Shown here: piece by piece, positions 36,354 through 45,154 of the stretch
Numbering within the stretch: position 1 is the stretch's first letter
Layout of the letters: every line of letters starts with the position of its first letter
Assembly: GCA_048213135.1 (NCBI GenBank)
Contig: PS015050.1
Location: 59,055 to 104,208, forward strand
DNA: 45,154 bases
From: Reclinomonas americana ATCC 50394
Taxonomy: Eukaryota
Direction: 5' to 3'
Notes under the pieces: model-generated
Databases searched by the model: none
Seen by the model: only the letters and a program-made list of their open reading frames with translations
What the model was told of the DNA's origin: nothing
Translations under genes and position numbers: made by a program

Positions 36354-37366
36354 ATGACTGACCCCGAGGCTGGTTCGTGCCGCGTGTGTTCCCTTGCTCA
36401 CGTTCATGTCCTCTCTCTCTTCGTCCCGCTTCTCGTGTCGCTGTGTATGCGTGTGTGTGTGTTCCGTGTGCGAAATGTCGGGTGGTGTATTCACCCGCTT
36501 TTTTTCTCCGGCCCTTGTTTTTGCCCCCACACAGCTGCGGTGATTCGTGCGTTCCTGGCTGGACCTGAGTTGCGTTCCTGTCTCGAGCGATTTGCACTGC
36601 TGCTTGCTCTTGCTCACATTCGACTGGTGCAGGTTCGAGGCGGTGCGTTGTCAAGAGGGCGTGAACATTTTCTTCTTCTCCTGCTTGCTGTGTGTGTGCG
36701 TCCGTCTGTCTGTCAGTCTGTCTGTCGTGTGCATTTCTCCGCGCCCAGCCGCTGTCGTGTGGTCATGGGTGTGTGTCTGTTTTGTAAAGTGTGTGCACAT
36801 TTCCACACACCTCTCGCTCTCTCGCTCTCCTTTCGCCCTCCCCCGCGGCTCCTCATCCTTCTTCTTCGTTCTTCTCCGTTAGTCCGCCGTGGAGGCTTTC
36901 AAGGAGGCCGACGTTGCGTGGTTGCTCGTTGTCTGTTTTTTTGGCACTCTGCGCTCCTTCGCCCTCAACGCTTTTTTGCCTGTTGCACACACAGACTGAC
37001 CACTCTGGCTTCCTCGACAAGGCCGAGACACGCCAGGTTGTCGACGCGCTGATTGTCGGTACGCGCGTGCATCAAGTGTCATCTTGTCTCCCTCATCTCA
37101 TCCTCGCTGTCATCTCATCCTCGCTGGCAGAGCTCGGCGGTGGCAAGCTGATGGACTCCGAGTTCGAGCAGGCGTTTGCGGACATTGACACTGACGGCTC
37201 GGGCAAGATCGAGCAGAGCGAGGTGAGTGAGAGGAGTGCGCGAGTCGCGCGCGTGGTTCGCGCTGGTGGACTAAATGTGTGTGTGTGTGTTTTTGCTTGG
37301 CAGTTTGCTGCGTTCACCCGTGCTGTGTTCGAGGCGATCGCCGACGCTCTGGAGGGCTCGGCTTAA
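36354..37366 (+). CDS. Small two-EF-hand calcium-binding protein (about 103 aa), 7 exons including a 10-nt microexon
   Basis: Spliced MTDPEA|AAVIRAFLAGPE|FEA|SAVEAFKEAD|TDHSGFLDKAETRQVVDALIV|ELGGGKLMDSEFEQAFADIDTDGSGKIEQSE|FAAFTRAVFEAIADALEGSA*; two canonical 12-residue loops DTDHSGFLDKAE and DTDGSGKIEQSE. Confidence 0.88.
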
Positions 37367-37595
37367 AGCTCCCTCCTTCCTGACGGAGGGAAGGAACTTG
37401 CATTGCCGGTTTCGCCTCTCTGGGGTGTGTGTTGGTGCCGATTGCTCTCTTAACCTTCGTCTCGCCGGCGTCGGTTGTACAATGAAAGGGTGATGGGCAT
37501 GCCTGTGAATGTGCGGTGGCGTGGGAGATGCCTGATGTTTGCCAAGGGCAGTGCTTTCCCCAAACGAATGAGAGTTTACATCGGGGTTTTACTTG

Positions 37596-37828
37596 TCAGC
37601 AATATAGCCAGGGATCCACTGAGCGTCGGTACACCATGACCTCGGCCTCCTCGACGATGAAACACCGCAGCACCATCTCCGCCAGGCAGCGCGAATCCAG
37701 TCCCTCCGCTGCGCCTTCCTGCATCTCCTGCACAGCCTGCATGGCCGCGCGCGCGCTGTCGAGCTCCTGCCGGGCGAGGGCATACGGCGTCGACCACACG
37801 CGGATCGTGTCATCGCGACCTCCGCTGA
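37596..37828 (-). CDS. WD40-repeat protein, C-terminal fragment (remainder lost in the gap)
   Basis: Minus frame leaving the gap reads SGGRDDTIRVWSTPYALARQEL...DPWLYC*; SG.xD.TIRVW is the WD40 repeat-end signature. Confidence 0.65.
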
Positions 37829-38467
37829 NNNNNNNNNNNNNNNNNNNNNNNNNNNNNNNNNNNNNNNNNNNNNNNNNNNNNNNNNNNNNNNNNNNNNNNN
37901 NNNNNNNNNNNNNNNNNNNNNNNNNNNNNNNNNNNNNNNNNNNNNNNNNNNNNNNNNNNNNNNNNNNNNNNNNNNNNNNNNNNNNNNNNNNNNNNNNNNN
38001 NNNNNNNNNNNNNNNNNNNNNNNNNNNNNNNNNNNNNNNNNNNNNNNNNNNNNNNNNNNNNNNNNNNNNNNNNNNNNNNNNNNNNNNNNNNNNNNNNNNN
38101 NNNNNNNNNNNNNNNNNNNNNNNNNNNNNNNNNNNNNNNNNNNNNNNNNNNNNNNNNNNNNNNNNNNNNNNNNNNNNNNNNNNNNNNNNNNNNNNNNNNN
38201 NNNNNNNNNNNNNNNNNNNNNNNNNNNNNNNNNNNNNNNNNNNNNNNNNNNNNNNNNNNNNNNNNNNNNNNNNNNNNNNNNNNNNNNNNNNNNNNNNNNN
38301 NNNNNNNNNNNNNNNNNNNNNNNNNNNNNNNNNNNNNNNNNNNNNNNNNNNNNNNNNNNNNNNNNNNNNNNNNNNNNNNNNNNNNNNNNNNNNNNNNNNN
38401 NNNNNNNNNNNNNNNNNNNNNNNNNNNNNNNNNNNNNNNNNNNNNNNNNNNNNNNNNNNNNNNNNNN

Positions 38468-40636
38468 GCGCGAGATGGATCGCTTGATGCTGGCCCTCTT
38501 AATTGTTGGCCTCCTATTTGGCGTCTTCATTATCTGGGCCTTCCGGTGGAGCCTAGCATCAGGCCCTCTGTTGTATGCCTCCGCGACGCTGGTGGCAATC
38601 ATCCCGGAGGTGGCAGTCGTGCTCATCAACGTGGTCATGGCGCTGGGCAGTCGCCGCATGGCCGACCAGAATGCTATTGTTCGACGCCTCACGTCCCTGG
38701 AACGGCTCGGCCGAGTGACCGACATTTGCTCGGACAAGACCGGCACTCTCACTCAGGCCAGATGACAGTCTGTCGTCTGTGGCTTTCAGCTGAAATCGGC
38801 CTGCCGCCCTCGGAGTGGACCAACGCAGCGGATACGGCCTCTGACGACGACGACGACGATGAGGCTCAACAACCACATCGCCTTCGTCAGCATCATCTCC
38901 ATGCTCTCGCCAGCGGTCCACTTGTGCCTGCCGCTCGTCCGATGCATGTTGCATGCCGCTGGTATCGTGAAGGCCAGCTGCCGACAGGAGCGCCTGTTTT
39001 ATCACCCATTGGTTCGTGTTGTGCACCACTGACACTAATTCCTTGTGCACTGATTTGTGTCGTGCAGGCGGTCGTGGTGATGTCCGGGTCGACGAGCTGT
39101 ACCCTCCGGTCAACGTTCGTACCGGTGAGCCTCTAACTGCCGCGCAGAGGAACCGCCTGAAGGAGGAGTGGGTGTTGGCCAACATGGTGGCGGCTCTGTG
39201 CTCGTCCACCACGGTGGAACTCAGTGACGACGGTGATACGCTGGTTGGCACGGGCAACCCGACCGAACTCGCTCTGCAGGCGATGGCTCATCAGGCCCGC
39301 TTGCCACGAGATCTCTTCCTGGTGGACTGGGAGTCTCGTGGCGAGTGGGCCTTCGACTCGGGGCTGAAGCGAATGAGCACTGGATGGAGACATCGTGATT
39401 TGCCGGTTGGTGTGGTGCTGACCAAGGGCGCGCCGGAGAGTGTATTGCCACTCTGCCGGAATATCGNNNNNNNNNNNNNNNNNNNNNNNNNNNNNNNNNN
39501 NNNNNNNNNNNNNNNNNNNNNNNNNNNNNNNNNNNNNNNNNNNNNNNNNNNNNNNNNNNNNNNNNNNNNNNNNNNNNNNNNNNNNNNNNNNNNNNNNNNN
39601 NNNNNNNNNNNNNNNNNNNNNNNNNNNNNNNNNNNNNNNNNNNNNNNNNNNNNNNNNNNNNNNNNNNNNNNNNNNNNNNNNNNNNNNNNNNNNNNNNNNN
39701 NNNNNNNNNNNNNNNNNNNNNNNNNNNNNNNNNNNNNNNNNNNNNNNNNNNNNNNNNNNNNNNNNNNNNNNNNAAATCGGCGGTCCGCTGCATCGTGGCG
39801 TGGAACAGGCGTGTGGCCACTTGGGCCGTCAAGGCCTGCGCGTGCTCGCGCTCTGCTTCCGACTCGTGCGCAACGGCCTGATGCGCACGCCAAGTGTTCC
39901 TGATCTGGCTCATCTGGCGTCGTTGAACCGCGACCGTCATGGACACTCTTCGGCTGCATTGCGCCGCTCGGCTTCCTTTCTGCGCTCGCACTCTGGTCAA
40001 GGCGTCTTGCGCGACGACCCCAATGTGCCCAATCTCGAATCGTCGCTTGAGGTGGTTCGCGGCTTGTTGCAAGGGCCCATGGTGTCGCGCTTCCTGGGTC
40101 ACGTGACGCATATTGTGCTCGACGACGAGGGCGAAGCTCTCGACCTGGCGTCCGTGGACTTGCGCGGTACGGATCTGCTTGTGCCGACCACCATCGACCT
40201 TCGCGAGAGTCACGTTGGCGACTTTGACCGTGCGGAGATCGAACGCGACCTGGTGTTCGTCGGTCTGGTCGGCGTGCGCGACCCGCCGAAACCAGAGTCG
40301 GCACCGGCCGTGGCCGAGTGCAAGCAGGCCGGTATCACTGTTCGTATGCTCACTGGTGATCACCGTGAGACTGCCACCACGATTGCGAAGGAGATAGGCA
40401 TTTTGCCGAGACCAGACGACGAAGGCGAGGGAACTGCAATTCAAGACAACGTCTTTTGCCCTCGTCGTGCTCACCTTTCACGTCGTCGTCACTGTGCAGA
40501 ATATGACCCCGAACTGGCTGGCGACATCCAGCACAGCTTCATGGTGATGACGGGACCGCAGGTAGACCGCATGACGGCTGCCGAACTTGACGCACTTCCC
40601 GATCTCCCGCTTGTGGTGGCTCGGTGAGTCGTGTGT

Positions 40637-40680
<44 letters not shown>

Positions 40681-42350
40681 CGCTTGGCAGACCACTGGCG
40701 ATTGGTATGACTACTCACCTTGTGTTATAACTGCAGCTGCACGCCGGAGAGTAAAGTGCGCTTGGTGGAGGCCCTGCATCGCCGCAAGCGCATTGTGGCG
40801 ATGACTGGTGACGGCGTGAACGACTCGCCGGCAATCAAAGTGGCCGACGTGGGCGTGGCCATGGGCATCACCGGCTCCGAGATCACCAAGTCCGTGGCCG
40901 ACATTGTGTTGTCGGACGACAACTTTGCCACGATTGTTTCGGCCGTGCGCGAAGGTCGTCGCATCTTCGACTCCATCACCAAGTTCGTCCTACATCTGCT
41001 CAGCAGCAATGTGGCCGAGGGCATTGCGTTGATGCTGGCGTTGGCCTTTGCTCTTGATACCGATGGCTTGCCAGTGTTCGTGCTCAGCCCGCTGGCCATA
41101 TTGTGGCTGAACACCATGACTGGGACGGGACCAGCCATCGGCTTGGCGATGGACCCCGCTCCGATAGACATTATGCAGCGACCGCCTCTGTCGCGCTCTA
41201 TCTTTACGTTTGAGCTGCTGTTGGACATGACGGTTTACGGGGTGATTATGGGCGGCTTGACTCTTGGTGGCTTCTCCATCGCCACCTGGAGCGGGAAGCC
41301 AGACTCGCTCGGCCGCGACTGTAACAAGGGCGACGTGAGCGACCGCTCCGATTGTGATCCGGTGCTTCGCGGGCGAGCAGTGGCGTTTGCCGTGCTGAGC
41401 TTGCAGTTGCTGTTGCTGGCTTTCAACTGCCGANNNNNNNNNNNNNNNNNNNNNNNNNNNNNNNNNNNNNNNNNNNNNNNNNNNNNNNNNNNNNNNNNNN
41501 NNNNNNNNNNNNNNNNNNNNNNNNNNNNNNNNNNNNNNNNNNNNNNNNNNNNNNNNNNNNNNNNNNNNNNNNNNNNNNNNNNNNNNNNNNNNNNNNNNNN
41601 NNNNNNNNNNNNNNNNNNNNNNNNNNNNNNNNNNNNNNNNNNNNNNNNNNNNNNNNNNNNNNNNNNNNNNNNNNNNNNNNNNNNNNNNNNNNNNNNNNNN
41701 NNNNNNNNNNNNNNNNNNNNNNNNNNNNNNNNNNNNNNNNNNNNNNNNNNNNNNNNNNNNNNNNNNNNNNNNNNNNNNNNNNNNNNNNNNNNNNNNNNNN
41801 NNNNNNNNNNNNNNNNNNNNNNNNNNNNNNNNNNNNNNNNNNNNNNNNNNNNNNNNNNNNNNNNNNNNNNNNNNNNNNNNNNNNNNNNNNNNNNNNNNNN
41901 NNNNNNNNNNNNNNNNNNNNNNNNNNNNNNNNNNNNNNNNNNNNNNNNNNNNNNNNNNNNNNNNNNNNNNNNNNNNNNNNNNNNNNNNNNNNNNNNNNNN
42001 NNNNNNNNNNNNNNNNNNNNNNNNNNNNNNNNNNNNNNNNNNNNNNNNNNNNNNNNNNNNNNNNNNNNNNNNNNNNNNNNNNNNNNNNNNNNNNNNNNCA
42101 TGAGCGCTTCTCTGCTTTCGCCTTTTCGTGGGTCCGCAACAAGGTCTTGCTGTACTCACTCCTAGTCGGCATCTTCCTCACCGTGGCAATTGTGCACATC
42201 CCGGTGATCAATGTCTCCGTTTTCCGTCACCGCGGCATCACGTGGGAATGGGGCATTGTCGTCGGCTGCATCGTCATGTTTCATGCACTGAGTGAGCTGT
42301 ACTTTTGGCTGAAGCGATGGCACTGGAATCGGCGACACCATGCCACTTGA
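38468..42350 (+). CDS. ENA: P-type ATPase, type IID (ENA, Na+/K+ efflux), partial; N-terminus in the gap; apparent 1-nt frameshift at about 38757
   Basis: Motifs [16 protein letters not shown](G)[52 protein letters not shown] and [23 protein letters not shown] and KFVLHLL favour ENA over SERCA/PMCA. Confidence 0.85.
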
Positions 42351-43654
42351 ATCGAGCAGAGTACGACCATGTACACACGAGAGAAGGAATGAATATGTGT
42401 CGAGAATTAGTTCTGCAATCTGTATCTGTATAGCACAATAGCGTGGTTGAACAGTTAATGCAAAAAGCAGCGTGCCGTACGAGTGCGCCTGGTGAATNNN
42501 NNNNNNNNNNNNNNNNNNNNNNNNNNNNNNNNNNNNNNNNNNNNNNNNNNNNNNNNNNNNNNNNNNNNNNNNNNNNNNNNNNNNNNNNNNNNNNNNNNNN
42601 NNNNNNNNNNNNNNNNNNNNNNNNNNNNNNNNNNNNNNNNNNNNNNNNNNNNNNNNNNNNNNNNNNNNNNNNNNNNNNNNNNNNNNNNNNNNNNNNNNNN
42701 NNNNNNNNNNNNNNNNNNNNNNNNNNNNNNNNNNNNNNNNNNNNNNNNNNNNNNNNNNNNNNNNNNNNNNNNNNNNNNNNNNNNNNNNNNNNNNNNNNNN
42801 NNNNNNNNNNNNNNNNNNNNNNNNNNNNNNNNNNNNNNNNNNNNNNNNNNNNNNNNNNNNNNNNNNNNNNNNNNNNNNNNNNNNNNNNNNNNNNNNNNNN
42901 NNNNNNNNNNNNNNNNNNNNNNNNNNNNNNNNNNNNNNNNNNNNNNNNNNNNNNNNNNNNNNNNNNNNNNNNNNNNNNNNNNNNNNNNNNNNNNNNNNNN
43001 NNNNNNNNNNNNNNNNNNNNNNNNNNNNNNNNNNNNNNNNNNNNNNNNNNNNNNNNNNNNNNNNNNNNNNNNNNNNNNNNNNNNNNNNNNNNNNNNNNNN
43101 NNNNNNNNNNNNNNNNNNNNNNNNNNNNNNNNNNNNNNNNNNNNNNNNNNNNNNNNNNNNNNNNNNNNNNNNNNNNNNNNNNNNNNNNNNNNNNNNNNNN
43201 NNNNNNNNNNNNNNNNNNNNNNNNNNNNNNNNNNNNNNNNNNNNNNNNNNNNNNNNNNNNNNNNNNNNNNNNNNNNNNNNNNNNNNNNNNNNNNNNNNNN
43301 NNNNNNNNNNNNNNNNNNNNNNNNNNNNNNNNNNNNNNNNNNNNNNNNNNNNNNNNNNNNNNNNNNNNNNNNNNNNNNNNNNNNNNNNNNNNNNNNNNNN
43401 NNNNNNNNNNNNNNNNNNNNNNNNNNNNNAGGATATCGGAGGTGGTGTGCACGAGTCACTGTTCTTGTAGCGGTGGCCGTACAGCGAGAACAGAAAAACT
43501 TGAAGTCGGCATGTCTTTCGTTTACTGGTGACAACGTGTACGATCGCCGACAAGTGCACGTGGTGCAGAATCGCAAAGCAAGAAAAAAAGGGAATAGCGA
43601 AGTGGGAGCATAGGGCAAGGCAGAACCCCCGAGTAAAGGCGTACCATTGACTTC

Positions 43655-45154
43655 TCAAGCGCACTTGGCATCTGTGCCCGCAACACAGCCGAGGCGCTGT
43701 CCGTTGCTCCAGTTGAATGCCTGGTACGGAGTCGCGCCCTTGTTCAGCAACTGGCACGCACCCTCGATGCGGCACTGGCAGTGCGTGCCAATGGCACCGG
43801 TGCTGGCATAAGGCGCATACGGGTAGGTGCACGAGCACACACTGCACTCATACACGGTCGCGTCAGCATCAAGTGAAGTGGTTGACTCGGCGAGCTACTC
43901 ACGCAACTTGTTCGCGCATCGCCCGCCGACAAACAGGCCGCCATTGTCAGCACGACCTACACCATACCCCATGCACTGCGAGTCGCTAGCGCACACAGGC
44001 GGCGGCGCCACGACCGAGCACGTCGGTCCACTGAACCCGCTCTTGCACACACAGCCGGTGCCAGTGCGGCCCGTCGAGCACGATTGCGTACCTGCGGCGT
44101 TGCATGTCGAGCAGCTCTTGCTGCAGTCCGAGCCCCTGTACCCCACACGGATGGTGATGAGAAACGACGACACAGCACAGCACAGAACAATACAGAGCAG
44201 CACAGAAGAGCACAGAAAAGTACATAACAGCACAGCAGATACAACACAGCACAACAGCACAGCACAGAACAGAACAGCACAGAGAAGTATAGAGAAGCAC
44301 ATAACAACACACAGCACAGCACAGCACAGCACAGCACAGCACAGCACAGTACATCACAACCTGTACACACACACATACTTTCTCTCTCTCTCTCACACAC
44401 ACACAAACCAGCGATCAGGTGCACAGTTGTCGCACAGAGCTCCAGCAAAACCTGCCTTGCATACTGCGAAGAAAAAAGAGTCTCTCGTAAGTCTTCCGGA
44501 TCATATCCTTTTCCAACGACTTCACTCACCGCAGCCGCTGGCACTCGCACAGCTCGCAGTTCCAGCCGCCAGACACGACGTGCATGTCTGGCTGCAGTTG
44601 GCGCCAAAGTGCTGCGCGTCACACTGCGCACAGGTCGAGCCGGCAAATGGCACGTAGCACGAGCACGATCCGTCGTCTAGGAAGCACGAGCCGTGACCAG
44701 AGCAGTCCTCCACGGGGCGGCACTATTTGAAGGAGAGATGTGGGGGGAAATGCAATGAGTGTGGTAACAACAACAAGACATTTGCGAAGGCGATCTAGGG
44801 TGGCGACTGAGAGGAGAACAGAAAAGCCATTGAATGACATTCCCACCAAGAAACAGAGAGAGCCACGGCATAACAAGCCAACTCTCAAACACACTTTGTC
44901 ACTCGGGGGTGAGAAGGCGAAGACCCCACACACAGAACGAGAGACGAGGATCAATACCGCATGACTCAGCCTGTGGCCTTTGCAATTGCCACCACCTTTT
45001 TTCTCTCCACTCACCTGGCAGTTCTTGCCACCAATGCCGGGCAAGCACGCACACTTTCCGGACGACTGGCCACTCGACAACACGCAATAGCCACTCAGGC
45101 TCGACTTGTTGCCAATAGTCACTGGCTGAGTGTTGCCTGCGCTCAGAAAAGGAA
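43655..45154 (-). CDS. Cys-rich extracellular protein with EGF/laminin-EGF-like repeats, 3' part (5 exons; start outside the window)
   Basis: CACLPGIGGKNCQ|CRPVEDCSGHGSCFLDDGSCSCYVPFAGSTCAQCDAQHFGANC...|CKAGFAGALCDNCAPDRW|GSDC...CVCKSGFSGPTC...; CxCxxG(F/Y)xGxxC motifs; no C-terminal transmembrane segment seen. Confidence 0.85.
44170..44350. repeat. (CACAG)n pentanucleotide microsatellite, intronic
   Basis: Near-perfect CACAG run at about 44311-44349 with degenerate copies upstream. Confidence 0.9.

Noticed and set aside
38985-39070. Possible non-canonical GA donor (ACAG|GAGCGC) in the ATPase
   Set aside because: A same-phase GT donor (ATTG|GTTCGT, 39012) gives a normal 56-nt intron.
42162-43847. 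Long ORFs spanning N runs (also 20683-21808, 32595-33456, 37516-38752)
   Set aside because: Length is an artefact of untranslated gaps.
43890-43910. Another GTTGCG donor candidate at 43907 (-)
   Set aside because: Its phase does not fit the next acceptor; the overlapping C|GTGAGT does, so it was not counted.
1-45154. Introner-like or transposon origin for the GTTGCG introns
   Set aside because: Beyond the first 6-7 nt these introns share no visible sequence, terminal repeats or target duplications, and no transposase or reverse transcriptase was seen.

Overview
Draft (N-gapped) genomic DNA from a GC-rich, intron-dense microbial eukaryote, probably flagellated; the lineage cannot be assigned from this window. 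Manual spliced reconstruction gives 13 protein genes: CKS1 (last exon), an MFSD1-like MFS transporter, a family-16 methyltransferase head-to-head with UNC119, a secreted beta-propeller-like protein, a reticulon, three coiled-coil genes (the largest about 15 kb with a CEP70-like C-terminus), a small two-EF-hand protein with a 10-nt microexon, a WD40 fragment, an ENA-type P-type ATPase with a 1-nt frameshift, and an EGF-like Cys-rich protein. No CRISPR, rRNA, tRNA or transposase was recognised. The main unexplained signal is in splicing: about 24 of roughly 100 inferred introns start with GTTGCG or GTTGAG, the ordinary GTGCGT/GTGAGT donor displaced by one base, and these mostly lack the exon-terminal G seen at ordinary donors. 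This points to an abundant second class of 5' splice site. Long introns also show a purine-rich 5' end and pyrimidine-rich 3' end. All exon boundaries were inferred by eye from reading frame and homology, with no transcript data.
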